DNA of 64,000 nucleotides, from positions 1 through 64,000 of the forward strand of contig JAZDCY010000035.1 of the NCBI GenBank assembly GCA_036679645.1, read 5' to 3'. Positions 12,401 through 23,110 of this stretch are shown in pieces. The notes beneath the pieces are model-generated. The model was not told the DNA's origin and ran no database searches. It saw only the letters and a list, made by a program, of their open reading frames with translations. A program made the position numbers and the translations under genes. This DNA is from Gemmatimonadota bacterium (GTDB lineage Bacteria > Gemmatimonadota > Gemmatimonadetes > Gemmatimonadales > GWC2-71-9). Positions within the stretch are counted from its first letter, which is position 1; each line of letters begins with the position of its first letter.

Positions 12401-14296
12401 TTAGGGGTCCGCGGAAGTGTTTGTCAAGCGCGGGCCCGGGCGGCGCACATTCCCTACACGAATGGTGAACCCCTCGCCGTCGAGCCACTCCAGGAAGGGA
12501 ATCAGGTATTTCCGCGTAAGTCCAAGGGACTCGCGCAGTTGCGCCGGGCTGACCTCTCCCCGGCGGAGCACCTCCTGGGTGGCCGCCGCCACCATGCGTT
12601 GTAACGCGGCCCGATCATAATATCGGTCACGCCCGACCCGGGCCGCAGTGTTCTCCCTCACCAAGAACTCGACGACGCGCAAGGCGGTCGCCTCCGGGGT
12701 TCCGCACCGCTCAGCAAGGTCGGGCACCGTACATCCTTCGAACCCCGCGTCGGCGAGAGCGTTCCGTATTCCGGCCGCCGTCGCCTCGAGATCCGGGCCC
12801 AGCCGCGCGGTATGCTCTGCAAGGCGCACCGAAGCCCGCTCCACGACGATGCTACCATCTTGCGCCAGTTCCCGCTCAACGTGATCGGCAACGGCGACAT
12901 CGCCGATCCGCTTACGAAGGACCTGACGCGACATCCCGGGCACGAGTGGGTCGTGCTGGTGGAATGAGGTCAACGTATCGATCAGCGTCTTCCGAGCACG
13001 GACCAGTGTGTCCGCCGAGACGAGCCGCACACCGACGGAGATGACGCGTCCGGCACCTGCTTCCTCGATGGCGCGATCGATGTCCTTCGCGCCGATCCCA
13101 AGACGCACCGGAAGCTCGTCCCGTGCAACACCACGGGCCGGGCCGCGCTCGAGCAGTGCCGCGAGGCGCGGCCCCGGATCGCCAAGGAGATCGTCAACCG
13201 GCAGGGGACGGCGCGGTCGTGACGCCGGCCATGGATCGGCCACGACGCCGCCCCCAATGGTGGTCACCGGCGAGTACGATCGGAGTACCACGCGGTCCCC
13301 CCAGCGGGCCACGACGGGAGCCTCGAGCCGGAGCCGCACCGTGCCGGACTGCCCAGAGGCAATGCGGTCGGTCGCAGGGGTCACACGTCCCATCACCTCC
13401 GCGGTCCCCAGATGCATGCGGACCCGCGTGCGCTGTGACATCGCGGGCGCCTCGGGCAGGAGCGTCACGGCGACATCCAGCACGCGTGTTTCGCGCCAGC
13501 CGGCATCGTGGACCACCCAGCTGCCGCGCGAGACGGCGGCGCGCTCGATGTTCGTCAGCGCGACGGCGGTGCGCCGGCCCGGAACCGCCTGGGGCGACGC
13601 GTGGCCATGCGCCTGGATCGCGCGCACGCGACTCCTTAGCTCACCCGGCAGGACGACTACGTCATCGCCCACCGCAGCGGTACCGCTCCACGTCGTGCCG
13701 GTCACCACGGTGCCCGTTCCTGCGACGGTGAACACGCGGTCCACCGGCAATCGGAACAGATCCAGGTCGTTCCGCACGCGTGCATGAGCCGCCGCCTCGT
13801 CCAGACGGGTACGCAACACCTCGAGACCGGTACCGGCGGTCGAAGACACCGGTACGATGTCGGTCCACTCGACCGCGGTCCCGTTCAGGCGCTCGCGCAC
13901 CTCCTCGAGCACGAGATCGAGCCACTCCTCCTCGGCGAGATCCATCTTGGTAACCGCCACCACGCCGACCCGCACTCCAAGAAACTCCAGGATGGCAAGA
14001 TGCTCCTCGGTCTGCGGCATGATGCCCTCATCGGCGGCGATGACGAGCAGGGCGACATCAACGCCCGTGGCACCGGCGACCATGTTCCTGATAAAGTCCT
14101 CGTGGCCCGGGACATCTACAATGCTGGCCTGGCGTCCGCTCGGGAGGGCGAGTTCCGCGAAGCCGATGTCGATCGTGATCCCGCGCCGCTTCTCTTCTTC
14201 CCAGCGATCGGTTTCCGTCCCGGTCAACGCTCGAACGAGCGCCGTCTTCCCGTGATCGACATGACCCGCAGTGCCGATAACGATGTGGCTCGTCAC
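12401..14296 (-). CDS. selB: Selenocysteine-specific elongation factor
   Basis: GTAGHVDHGKT, EEKRRGITIDIGFA, DVPGHEDF, C-terminal LTRKYLIPFLEWLD winged helix; GTG 14296 overlaps the recO stop. Confidence 0.95.
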   Translation of the reverse strand: MTSHIVIGTAGHVDHGKTALVRALTGTETDRWEEEKRRGITIDIGFAELALPSGRQASIVDVPGHEDFIRNMVAGATGVDVALLVIAADEGIMPQTEEHLAILEFLGVRVGVVAVTKMDLAEEEWLDLVLEEVRERLNGTAVEWTDIVPVSSTAGTGLEVLRTRLDEAAAHARVRNDLDLFRLPVDRVFTVAGTGTVVTGTTWSGTAAVGDDVVVLPGELRSRVRAIQAHGHASPQAVPGRRTAVALTNIERAAVSRGSWVVHDAGWRETRVLDVAVTLLPEAPAMSQRTRVRMHLGTAEVMGRVTPATDRIASGQSGTVRLRLEAPVVARWGDRVVLRSYSPVTTIGGGVVADPWPASRPRRPLPVDDLLGDPGPRLAALLERGPARGVARDELPVRLGIGAKDIDRAIEEAGAGRVISVGVRLVSADTLVRARKTLIDTLTSFHQHDPLVPGMSRQVLRKRIGDVAVADHVERELAQDGSIVVERASVRLAEHTARLGPDLEATAAGIRNALADAGFEGCTVPDLAERCGTPEATALRVVEFLVRENTAARVGRDRYYDRAALQRMVAAATQEVLRRGEVSPAQLRESLGLTRKYLIPFLEWLDGEGFTIRVGNVRRPGPRLTNTSADP

Positions 14297-15033
14297 GGTG
14301 CGGTCTCCCAGAAGGTCAGGGCATGGAGGTCTCGGTCTTCTGCAACGTGACGCTGGACGAAGCGCACGAGCAGCCTCCGATGGGCCGCCAGATGGTCTGC
14401 AGCAAGATCGGGCGCATCGGTTGCTCCGGCGACAAACGCTGCAAGTGCCTGCTGGTCGAGTGGGCCGAGTTCGCCGGCCTTGACGCCGGCCCCACACCCA
14501 GGGCACAGCAGCCCGCCCCCGTCCACCGAGAACCGGGCCCGCGCTCCGAGCGGTCCACCGCACCGCACGCACACCTCGACCGACGGTGCGAAGCCCAGAA
14601 TCGCGACCGTGCGCCAGAGCGCTGCGAGTCCCACCTGCGGCACGCGACGGGCGTCGGCGTGCACGAGATGATCCAGCGCCGCCCGGAGCATTTCGTACAC
14701 CTCCGGGCGCGGCTCCGCGGGCGAGAAACGTAGGATCAATTCGGCGACCGCCACCGCCGACGCGTAACGCCGGAGGTCGGCCGCGAGCGCCGCGTGCTGT
14801 TCCGTGACGTCAAACGCAGAGAGGGTGTGCAGATCGCGATGGGCCTTCAGGTAGAAATGTGCAACGCCTTCGCTCAGCAGCTGGAGACCAGCACCGAACC
14901 GGTTCTTCGGTCGCGCGGCACCCTTTGCAATCACGCTCTGCACTCCATGATCGCGCGTGCTGAGGCGGGCGATCTTGGATGTTTCCCCATACGGGAACGA
15001 GTGCAGCACGATGGCCGGCGTAGATACGAGCAC
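14293..15033 (-). CDS. recO: DNA repair protein RecO
   Basis: AIVLHSFPYGETSKIARLSTRDHG..AKGA; CVRC...LCPGC zinc finger. Confidence 0.92.
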   Translation of the reverse strand: MLVSTPAIVLHSFPYGETSKIARLSTRDHGVQSVIAKGAARPKNRFGAGLQLLSEGVAHFYLKAHRDLHTLSAFDVTEQHAALAADLRRYASAVAVAELILRFSPAEPRPEVYEMLRAALDHLVHADARRVPQVGLAALWRTVAILGFAPSVEVCVRCGGPLGARARFSVDGGGLLCPGCGAGVKAGELGPLDQQALAAFVAGATDAPDLAADHLAAHRRLLVRFVQRHVAEDRDLHALTFWETAP

Positions 15034-15117
15034 GCACGGATAATACGCCTACGAGCCGGCCGGGCGGCAGGGTGGAAGAGCAACTGCCCGGCCCACCCCT
15101 CCCCCGACCGCGCGCGC

Positions 15118-17037
15118 CTACATGGACAGCCTGCCTCCAACCACGACGGTGCGTCCCAGCGCCGGGAAATTCACCGCCTGGGCATACGCCTCGTCGAGCG
15201 CGTTCTCGATTCGAATGGTCGCGGCGAGGCCCGGCATCGATCGACGGGGCGCGATCACGTCGACCGTCGCCGACAGATCGAGCACGGTGTACGCTGGAAG
15301 CGTCATCCGCGTCGCCGGAAACGTCGCAAAATCCCGGTCGTCACGGGTCCCCATGTACCGCACCTCGGCCCCGAGGCTCGCACGGCCGAGGAGACTGTAC
15401 TGCGCAAGCGCCGCAAAGGCGTGGGTGGGACGGCGCAGCAACCGGTCACCCACCACGAACGTGGCGTCCGGTCCGTCATCGAATCCGGCGTCGCGGACAT
15501 CGGTCCGCAACCGCGTGTAGTTGGCACGCACCCGGAGGCCGCGCAGCGGGACCGCTTCCACCTCGACCTCCACTCCATCCGCGTCCGCCTCTGCCACGTT
15601 GAAGTAGTTGGGGTCGCCCGGGTTTGGGGACGCGAACGTGAACTGAATGAGGTCCCTGAAGCGCTGCACGAAGTACGTCGCACTCGCCACCACTCGTCCG
15701 GACAGCAGAAGCTGCTCGACGCCCGCTTCCCAGCTGCGTGACCGCTCCACCTCGAGCGTGGGGTTCCCGACCGAGAAGGGGCTGTCGAACGTCTCGAAGA
15801 AGCTCGGCGCCTTGAACCCGGATGCCGCTCCGACATGCACACGCGATCCGAAGGAGAATCGATACCCAACACCTCCTCTATACGTCACGAAGGTCCCGAA
15901 CCGATCGTTGTCGTCGACCCGGACGCCCGCGTTGACGCTCAGTCCAGCCGGTAGCGCGGCGACCGCCTGCGCATAGTAGGAGCGGTTGAGCCGGGTGCGG
16001 TCTGCATCGGTCCGTTCCCACTCCTGACCGATCGCCGCTCCTGCCGTGAGCACGGATGTTCCCGACAGGTAGTAGTTGATACGTCCGTCGGCACTGCGCG
16101 TGCGGATCTCCCGCTGGCTGCGGAAGCGGAAAAAGCCGACGGTATCGGCGACGTTGTCCTGCTGGTCGTCGAACAACGAACCGATATCGTTGAGACCCAG
16201 TTGCGCCCGCACCTCGAGCCGGTCACTGAGAAACCTGCCCGCATCGACTCCCAACGTCGTGGTCTCGGTGGCCGTGAACTGGTTCGAGTCCGCCAGAACC
16301 CCCGCCCCATCGGTGGGGAAGTGGTACTCCGCGTCGGTGTACCGGAACGTGAACGTCGCGTCGGTCCGAGCGTCGGGTCGCACCGTAAAGCGGCCGCTCG
16401 CGGCGGTGTTGTCGTAGCCATTGTTGAATGCGTAGAGTCCGTCGCTCCTGAATCGACTGACGCCAAGCGAGAACCGGGCAGTTTCCGAACCGCCCTCCGC
16501 ATGCACGGAGAGCCGCGTCGTGCCGTACGTTCCCCCCTGGGCGTTCGCATCCACCCGGCCCTGCCCCGCGCCGTGACGCGTGAAGATCTGGATGACTCCC
16601 GCGACCGCATCGGATCCGTACAGCACACTAGCCGGCCCGCGCAGGATCTCAATGCGCTCGACGTTGTCCGCCGTGAGGTGCGCGAAATCGAATGAGCCAC
16701 CCGGCTCGTTGACCGGAACGCCGTCGACGAGCACGCGGACGTAATCCGACTCGCCGCCGCGGAGGAAGAGCGATGCAGTGCCGCCGAAGGCGCCCGTTTG
16801 GACCACCGTCAGGCCCGCCACGCCGCGCAGCGCGTCGACGATCTGCCGCACGCCGCGGGCACGCAGCTCGTCACCGGTGATCACGGTAATGCGCGACGTC
16901 ACCTCGTCTCTATGAACCGGGCGGCGGTTCGCGGTGATGACGATATCGGGTAGCGTCGTTACACTGTCCTGCTGCGCGCCGAGCGGTGTTCCGATCAGCA
17001 AGGGAATGGTGAACAAACCAACAACAACAGTTCGCAT
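15118..17037 (-). CDS. btuB: TonB-dependent receptor, probably BtuB cobalamin transporter
   Basis: DIVITANR TonB box, plug domain (VLVDGVPVN, VERIEILRGPASVLYGSDA), barrel C-terminus; lies in a B12-riboswitch operon. Confidence 0.85.
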   Translation of the reverse strand: MRTVVVGLFTIPLLIGTPLGAQQDSVTTLPDIVITANRRPVHRDEVTSRITVITGDELRARGVRQIVDALRGVAGLTVVQTGAFGGTASLFLRGGESDYVRVLVDGVPVNEPGGSFDFAHLTADNVERIEILRGPASVLYGSDAVAGVIQIFTRHGAGQGRVDANAQGGTYGTTRLSVHAEGGSETARFSLGVSRFRSDGLYAFNNGYDNTAASGRFTVRPDARTDATFTFRYTDAEYHFPTDGAGVLADSNQFTATETTTLGVDAGRFLSDRLEVRAQLGLNDIGSLFDDQQDNVADTVGFFRFRSQREIRTRSADGRINYYLSGTSVLTAGAAIGQEWERTDADRTRLNRSYYAQAVAALPAGLSVNAGVRVDDNDRFGTFVTYRGGVGYRFSFGSRVHVGAASGFKAPSFFETFDSPFSVGNPTLEVERSRSWEAGVEQLLLSGRVVASATYFVQRFRDLIQFTFASPNPGDPNYFNVAEADADGVEVEVEAVPLRGLRVRANYTRLRTDVRDAGFDDGPDATFVVGDRLLRRPTHAFAALAQYSLLGRASLGAEVRYMGTRDDRDFATFPATRMTLPAYTVLDLSATVDVIAPRRSMPGLAATIRIENALDEAYAQAVNFPALGRTVVVGGRLSM

Positions 17038-17069
17038 CGTGTGGGCCTCATGAAGAGTGTGCGTGTGCA

Positions 17070-17864
17070 TCAGCGTACGCTCGATTTCCGTTTAGGTACG
17101 AATTGGGGTACGTCGTCCCACCGCACGATTTCGAGCGGCCAGGCGAACACGCGCTCGAGCACCTCGAGGGTGAGCACGTCGTTTGGCTGTCCGGCGGCCG
17201 CGATCCGTCCTTCGTGCATCACCACGATCCGATCGACGAACCGTGCCACGAGGTTGACGTGGTGGCTCACGATGAGGCCGGTCATGCCGTGGCGGACGAG
17301 ATCGGTGACCAACTCGAACAGCTCCATCTCGTGTCGCAGATCGAGATTGGCCGTGGGCTCATCGAGCACGAGAACCTCGGGTTCCTGCGCCAGGGCGCGG
17401 GCGACGCGCACGCGTTGCCATTCCCCACCCGATAGGGTGGCAGTCCACCGGTCTGCCAGGTGGATCGCGTCCGCGCGCGTGAGCGCCGCCGCGACGGCGT
17501 CGCGGTCCACGGCACCGAGAGCCTCGAAGGGACCGAGGTGCGCATAGCGCCCCAACGTGACCGCCTGACGCACTCGCAAGGGGAACGCGGGTTCCTCGCT
17601 CTGCGTCACGACTCCAACGCGGCGCGCGAGATCGCGGCGCTTCCACTGACTCGCGGGATGACCAAACGCCATGACGCTACCGGTGTCGGGCACGATCGTG
17701 CCGAGCAGGAGCCGCAGCAGCGTCGTCTTCCCGCTTCCGTTCGGTCCGACTATCCCCACCAACTCGCCGCGGCTGATCGACAGATCGACGTCCCGTATGG
17801 TCGCGGTCCGCGCGCCCGCGAATTGGAACGTGAGGTCACGCGTCGCGAAGACTAACTTGCCCAT
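17070..17864 (-). CDS. btuD: ABC transporter ATP-binding subunit (cobalamin/Fe-siderophore family)
   Basis: GPNGSGKTT, LSGGEWQRV, LDEPTANLD. Confidence 0.85.
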   Translation of the reverse strand: MGKLVFATRDLTFQFAGARTATIRDVDLSISRGELVGIVGPNGSGKTTLLRLLLGTIVPDTGSVMAFGHPASQWKRRDLARRVGVVTQSEEPAFPLRVRQAVTLGRYAHLGPFEALGAVDRDAVAAALTRADAIHLADRWTATLSGGEWQRVRVARALAQEPEVLVLDEPTANLDLRHEMELFELVTDLVRHGMTGLIVSHHVNLVARFVDRIVVMHEGRIAAAGQPNDVLTLEVLERVFAWPLEIVRWDDVPQFVPKRKSSVR

Positions 17865-18823
17865 CGTCGCACCAGCACGGCGAATACGGGGACGCCGATC
17901 ACCGCGGTCACGACGCCGACCGGGAGCGTGAGCGGTGCAAATACGGTTCGCGCCAGGGCGTCGGCACCCGCCAGCAGGCTACCGCCAAGGAGAAAGGCCG
18001 CCGGCAGAAGCGCCCGATGCGTGTGCCCCCACAGCATCCGGATGGCGTGCGGGACGACGAGCCCGACGAATCCGATGATGCCGGAGACAGCTACCGCTGC
18101 TGCGGTGAGTACAGACGCCATGACGTAGAGCAGCCGCTTCAGCGGCTCGACATCGGCGCCCAGGTATGCCGCGGGTTCCTCACCGAGTGATAGCAGGTCG
18201 AGTTGCCGACTGGCACGGTAGAGCAACGCGAGTGGAAACACGGCATACGCCGCGAAAACGGTCAGCGTCAGCCACGAAGCTCCATCAAACCCGCCCAGCA
18301 GCCAGAGCAACGCATTGCGAAGCTGCTCGGCGGGCGAGAGCGCCATGATGGCGCCAACGATGGCCGAGGTGAAGGCGCTCACGACAACACCACCGAGGAG
18401 GAGAATGCGCGTGTCGAGCACGGCCCCGGCAACGATCGCGAGTCGATAGACGAGGATAATCGCCCCCAGCGCGCCGAAAGCGGCTGCGGCGGGCAGCGCC
18501 CACGTTCCACTGAGCCCGAGGGCGATGGCCCCAACTGCACCGAGGCCGGCCCCGCCGGAGAGACCGAGAAGGTATGGGTCGGCCAGCGGATTCCGCACCA
18601 ACGCCTGCAACACCGCTCCGGTAACGGCGAGGCTCCCACCCACCGAAAAGGCGAGAACCGCCCGTGGTATGCGCAGGTCGCGCACGATTGCCACGGTTAC
18701 GTCATCGCCGCGTCCGAGCACCGCGTGCCAGACAGTTCCGGGCGGGAGGTGGGCCGGGCCGACCAGCACACCAATCGCGAGCGCCGCGAAAGCGGCAATA
18801 CCGAGCGCGGACCAGCGGATCAC
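17852..18823 (-). CDS. btuC: ABC transporter permease (FecCD/BtuC family)
   Basis: LRIPR, RNPLADPYLLGLSGGA, LGEEPAAYLG, IGFVGLVVPH. Confidence 0.87.
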   Translation of the reverse strand: MIRWSALGIAAFAALAIGVLVGPAHLPPGTVWHAVLGRGDDVTVAIVRDLRIPRAVLAFSVGGSLAVTGAVLQALVRNPLADPYLLGLSGGAGLGAVGAIALGLSGTWALPAAAAFGALGAIILVYRLAIVAGAVLDTRILLLGGVVVSAFTSAIVGAIMALSPAEQLRNALLWLLGGFDGASWLTLTVFAAYAVFPLALLYRASRQLDLLSLGEEPAAYLGADVEPLKRLLYVMASVLTAAAVAVSGIIGFVGLVVPHAIRMLWGHTHRALLPAAFLLGGSLLAGADALARTVFAPLTLPVGVVTAVIGVPVFAVLVRRWAS

Positions 18824-19728
18824 TCTCGCGCCTCCGCGAGCGCCTGACGAAGCCGGCGCACCGCGGTGAGGGCACGGAGCGAGGGGTAAGAGAATTCGCT
18901 CCCGTCAACTATCACGAAACGACGCTGGCGCACCGCCGGTACGGCCTGCCACTCTGGCCGCGATCCCCAGGAGGGATCGGAGACGCCTCCGGTCAACAGC
19001 ACGAAGTCGGGGTTCCGCTCCGCGATGATCTCGATCGTGACCTGTCCCGACGGTCCCGCGAGATCGGCGAAGACATTCTCTGCGCCGGCCAGGTCCAGCA
19101 ACTCGCTCTGGAAGCTGCCCGCCCCTATCACGATGGGCGGCTGATCCCACGCGAGGATGAGCACCCGCGGCCGGTCGGTCGGCCGCGGCACGCGGCGGGC
19201 GGAGTCGAGCGCGGCCGAAAAGCGCGCCGCCACCTCCTCCGCCACGTCCGATACGCCGATGAGCGCACCAAAGAGACGGGCGCCCCGCGCCACGTCGTCG
19301 AGCCGATCCATCCGGAAGACAGCCGTCTCGATGCCCAACTGGCGGAGCTGTGCGGCCGGCCCGGCGTTAGCAGGTGAGTCGTACAGGATGACGAGGTCAG
19401 GTCGGCGGGCCGCCACCGCCTCTACGTTGGGATTCAACCCGTCTCCCACCGACGGAACCGCGAGCGCCTCGGGAGGGTCGCTTGCCCAACGCGTGCGTCC
19501 CACGACCGCCGAGCCCGCACCAACGGAAAACAGCAACTCGGTGATGGACGGGGCGAGCGACACAACGCGCTCGTGCGGCGCGCCTCGCTCGGGAACGCTG
19601 CCCGCACACGCGAGCGCGAGAACCCCGAGCGCAGTAACGCTCGTCGGGCGGGAACAAAAGACGCGCCCAACCTCCCGAATGCGGAGGTTGAAGCGCCTGA
19701 TGGCACGCTGCTCCACCGGCCCTCCCAC
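18820..19728 (-). CDS. btuF: Helical-backbone substrate-binding lipoprotein (BtuF-like); true start probably a few codons inside this ORF
   Basis: LALAC lipobox, RVVSLAPSITELLF, PNVEAVAARRPDLV, LAGAENVF. Confidence 0.82.
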   Translation of the reverse strand: MGGPVEQRAIRRFNLRIREVGRVFCSRPTSVTALGVLALACAGSVPERGAPHERVVSLAPSITELLFSVGAGSAVVGRTRWASDPPEALAVPSVGDGLNPNVEAVAARRPDLVILYDSPANAGPAAQLRQLGIETAVFRMDRLDDVARGARLFGALIGVSDVAEEVAARFSAALDSARRVPRPTDRPRVLILAWDQPPIVIGAGSFQSELLDLAGAENVFADLAGPSGQVTIEIIAERNPDFVLLTGGVSDPSWGSRPEWQAVPAVRQRRFVIVDGSEFSYPSLRALTAVRRLRQALAEARE

Positions 19729-19745
19729 GAGGGGTACGAGGTGGC

Positions 19746-19888
19746 GCGAGCGGGATCGTCTCCTGACTTCGGGCCGCGGCTCGCCTTCCCGGGGAAGCCC
19801 CCAGTGGCGTGTGTGAGCCGCGCTACGTTGCCCGTTACAGTGGCGGGGCCGCGCCGGACTTACACCGGCTTCCGGACTCCGCGCTCGC
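19746..19888 (-). ncRNA. Cobalamin (B12) riboswitch
   Basis: Minus strand carries ggaagccggtgtaagtccggcgcggccccgccactgtaa, gccactggg..gggaaggc and agtcaggagac; closing stem gcgagcg/cgctcgc; upstream of btuFCDB. Confidence 0.92.
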
Positions 19889-19912
19889 TAAAATCAGATT
19901 GTCAAAACCAAG

Positions 19913-21025
19913 CTATGGGCCGTGTCCTCGCTTCGCAAGCTCGTCTTGCAAGTGAATCTTCAGACGCACTCGCTCGTCGCGATAGCGCGCGGTGGCATCG
20001 GGCGGCGCGTCCGCCTGGGCCTCGTATGCCAGGTCCAATGCCGCGATCTCGTGAGCGAGCACCTCGGGTGTGACGAGCACCGGTTGTGGTGACTTGCGCC
20101 GCCACCACAGTAGCAGCGAGCCGAGCATGACGCTCGCAACGAGAGCCACGAGCACTCCCCACAGCTGGTGAATCGCGATACCCGATCCTCTACTGAACTC
20201 GAACGCCACATTCGTACCGGGTGCGACATTAACGCCCTCGAAGAGCGCGAACTGCGCATCTTCGAAGACCTCCACACCACGGTAGACCAGGCCCCCGCTC
20301 AGGACTACCGCTGCCGTATCTTCGAGCAGCACGAGCAGTCGATCGGTCGGTTGATCGATGGGCAACACCAACTCGCGAGCGCCCGAGGGGACGACGTAGG
20401 TGTAGAGAACCTGCTTGGTCCCCGGCGGCAATGGGGCGGTGACCGCCACCGTATCGCCGACCTTAGCCACCGCGCCTGCCGAGACGTCACTCTCGCCAAC
20501 CTGGAACTGGACGACGCCGAGCGGCAGGGACGCTTGCCACGTGGGGCGTGTGCCGTCGGCGGAGACGCGTGTGCGCGCACCGCGATTCCCGAGCGACACG
20601 AGCTCCATCGTCCGCCGACCTCCTCCGTCTTGATCCGGCACCCGCACGACGAGGTGGCGCTGGGTGACACGGATGGAGGGCTCGACACTCGACGTATCGT
20701 AAACGACGAGCGTCTCGACCGAATCTCCCGCTTCCCCCGGGACGATGGCCACGGAGAAATATGTAATGCCATGATAGGCCGCACTAACGAGATAAATGGC
20801 CGAGGTATCGGCTTGCGCGACCGAAAAACGGTACTGCCCGCGCGCGTCAGTGCGCTGCGAATCGACAGGCAATCCGCCGGCGTTGGTCACGCTGTGCAAG
20901 ACGGCCCAGGCGCCGCCCAACGGCGCTACGGAATCGGCGGTCACGCCGCGCACGAGATGACCGGTTACACGAAAGCCCTGGGCGTCGAGCGAACCGATCC
21001 ACCCCCACCCCCATCCCAGGACCAT
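19913..21025 (-). CDS. Exported, membrane-anchored hypothetical protein (carboxypeptidase-regulatory-like N domain, C-terminal TM)
   Basis: VDSQRTDARGQYRF..YLVSAAYHGITYF; TM near the C-terminus, then IAALDLAYE..YRDERVRLK; start uncertain. Confidence 0.6.
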   Translation of the reverse strand: MVLGWGWGWIGSLDAQGFRVTGHLVRGVTADSVAPLGGAWAVLHSVTNAGGLPVDSQRTDARGQYRFSVAQADTSAIYLVSAAYHGITYFSVAIVPGEAGDSVETLVVYDTSSVEPSIRVTQRHLVVRVPDQDGGGRRTMELVSLGNRGARTRVSADGTRPTWQASLPLGVVQFQVGESDVSAGAVAKVGDTVAVTAPLPPGTKQVLYTYVVPSGARELVLPIDQPTDRLLVLLEDTAAVVLSGGLVYRGVEVFEDAQFALFEGVNVAPGTNVAFEFSRGSGIAIHQLWGVLVALVASVMLGSLLLWWRRKSPQPVLVTPEVLAHEIAALDLAYEAQADAPPDATARYRDERVRLKIHLQDELAKRGHGP

Positions 21026-21044
21026 GCCAACGATGAGCAGGACG

Positions 21045-21581
21045 TTACGGCGTGAATTTCCCGAAATCTTCCGGATCCAGGTTCTCGAGATAGGACTTGA
21101 GCTCGTCGGCGTCGAGTGCCGTTGGGCCGTCTCCGGTATCGACCGTATCGACGGCCGAGTTGTCGAGTAGCTCGTCGAGCGTGAAAATGGGTGCTTCCAG
21201 CCGGAGAGCCACCGCGATGCTATCGGATGGCCGCGCATCGATCTGAATGACGTGGTCGTTCCGGCGAATGTGCAACTCGGCAAAGTACGTGTTTTCCTTC
21301 ACCCGCGTGATCATGACCCGGTCGAGGTTGGCTCCCAAGCCAACTATTATCTGCTTCAGCAAATCGTGTGTCAGCGGCCGACTGAACTTGACGCCGGCCA
21401 TCTCCATTGCAATCGCACTCGCCTCGGCTGGGCCGATCCAGATAGGCAGCATGCGCTCGCCGTCTTTTTCTTGAAGGATCACGACCGGCGTGTTCGTCGC
21501 GCGGTCGAGGCCAAGGTGCGCCACCTTGACCTCGGTGACCGACGCGGAGAGCTCTTGGTCGTCTGACACGTCGTCTGACAC
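21045..21581 (-). CDS. Bifunctional nuclease family protein (DUF151)
   Basis: PVVILQE..RMLPIWIGPAEASAIA, RPLTHDLL, IDARPSDSIAVALR. Confidence 0.9.
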   Translation of the reverse strand: MSDDVSDDQELSASVTEVKVAHLGLDRATNTPVVILQEKDGERMLPIWIGPAEASAIAMEMAGVKFSRPLTHDLLKQIIVGLGANLDRVMITRVKENTYFAELHIRRNDHVIQIDARPSDSIAVALRLEAPIFTLDELLDNSAVDTVDTGDGPTALDADELKSYLENLDPEDFGKFTP

Positions 21582-21583
21582 TA

Positions 21584-23065
21584 TTAGTACCGATAGTACG
21601 ACGGCTTGTAGGGTCCGTCGACCGGCACACCGATGTACTTCGCCTGTTCCTCGGTGAGACGCGTCAGCTTCACACCAAGGTGATCGAGGTGCAAGCGCGC
21701 CACCTCTTCGTCGAGCGCCTTCGGCAGGAGATACACCTTCTTCTCGTACGTACCGGTGTTGCGATGCAGCTCGAGTTGTGCCAGCACCTGGTTCGTGAAG
21801 GACGTGGACATGACGAACGACGGGTGGCCGGTCGCGCACCCGAGGTTGAGTAACCGCCCCTCGGCCAAGATCAGAATGCTGCGACCGTCCGGGAACACGT
21901 ACTCGTCGTACTGCGGTTTCACATTCTCGCGGCGGACGCCGGGAGCCCGAGACAATCCTGCCATGTCGATCTCGTTGTCGAAATGGCCGATGTTCCCGAT
22001 GATTGCCTTGTCCTTCATCCGCTGCATGTGGTCAAACGTGATCACGTTGTAGTTCCCCGTCGCGCTGACGAACACGTCCGCGGTCTCGACGACGTCCTCC
22101 AATGTCGTGACCTCATACCCCTCCATTGCCGCCTGCAGCGCGAGGATCGGATCGATCTCGGTTACGATCACGCGGCACCCCTGCCCGCGCAGCGACTGCG
22201 CACACCCCTTGCCCACTTCACCGAATCCACAGACAACAGCCACCTTCCCACCGAGCATGGTGTCTGTCGCGCGGTTCAATCCGTCGATGAGCGAGTGCCG
22301 ACACCCGTAGATGTTGTCGAACTTGCTCTTGGTCACGGAGTCGTTGACGTTGATGGCTGGAAAGAGGAGCGTACCAGCTTCCTCCATCTGGTACAGGCGA
22401 TGGACACCCGTCGTCGTCTCCTCGCTCACGCCCCGGATGTTGGCTGCCGTACGGCGCCAACGCTCGGGATCGTTTGCCAACTCCCTACGCAACAGATCGA
22501 GGATGACGCCCCACTCTTCCGGCTCGCTGTCCGCATCGAACGCAGGTACGCTGCCCGCCTTCTCAAACTCCACGCCCTTGTGAATGAGGAGAGTCGCATC
22601 TCCACCGTCATCGACGATGAGATCCGGACCAGTCCCATCGGGCCACTGGAGCGCGCGAGTCGTGAACCCCCAGTACTCCTCCAGCGTCTCGCCCTTGAAG
22701 GCAAAGATGGGCACTCCCACAGGTGCCTCGGGCGACCCATTGGGACCGACGGCGACTGCCGCGGCCGCGTGATCCTGCGTAGAGAAGATGTTGCAACTCA
22801 CCCACCGCACGTCCGCACCCAGATCAACCAGCGTCTCGATGAGGACGGCGGTCTGCACGGTCATGTGCAGGCTGCCCATCACCTTCGTGCCCTGAAGCGG
22901 TTTCTCGGCTGCGTGGCGGCGGCGCACTTCCATGAGTCCGGGCATCTCGTGCTCGGCAAGCCGGATCTCCTTACGACCCAGCTCGTGGAGCGTGATGTCC
23001 CGAACATGATAATCCAGTGCGGTCTTGTCGGCGGCATTCGCCGCTTTAGGGGTCACAGCAGTCAT
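21584..23065 (-). CDS. ahcY: S-adenosylhomocysteine hydrolase
   Basis: [45 protein letters not shown]. Confidence 0.97.
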   Translation of the reverse strand: MTAVTPKAANAADKTALDYHVRDITLHELGRKEIRLAEHEMPGLMEVRRRHAAEKPLQGTKVMGSLHMTVQTAVLIETLVDLGADVRWVSCNIFSTQDHAAAAVAVGPNGSPEAPVGVPIFAFKGETLEEYWGFTTRALQWPDGTGPDLIVDDGGDATLLIHKGVEFEKAGSVPAFDADSEPEEWGVILDLLRRELANDPERWRRTAANIRGVSEETTTGVHRLYQMEEAGTLLFPAINVNDSVTKSKFDNIYGCRHSLIDGLNRATDTMLGGKVAVVCGFGEVGKGCAQSLRGQGCRVIVTEIDPILALQAAMEGYEVTTLEDVVETADVFVSATGNYNVITFDHMQRMKDKAIIGNIGHFDNEIDMAGLSRAPGVRRENVKPQYDEYVFPDGRSILILAEGRLLNLGCATGHPSFVMSTSFTNQVLAQLELHRNTGTYEKKVYLLPKALDEEVARLHLDHLGVKLTRLTEEQAKYIGVPVDGPYKPSYYRY

Positions 23066-23110
23066 AGTTATATGTATGCTCTCGAGTGGAGTCTGGTTCC
23101 GTGCCGCGCG

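Noticed and set aside
23066..23110. SAM/SAH riboswitch between metK and ahcY
   Set aside because: Only 45 bp, with no recognisable aptamer motif
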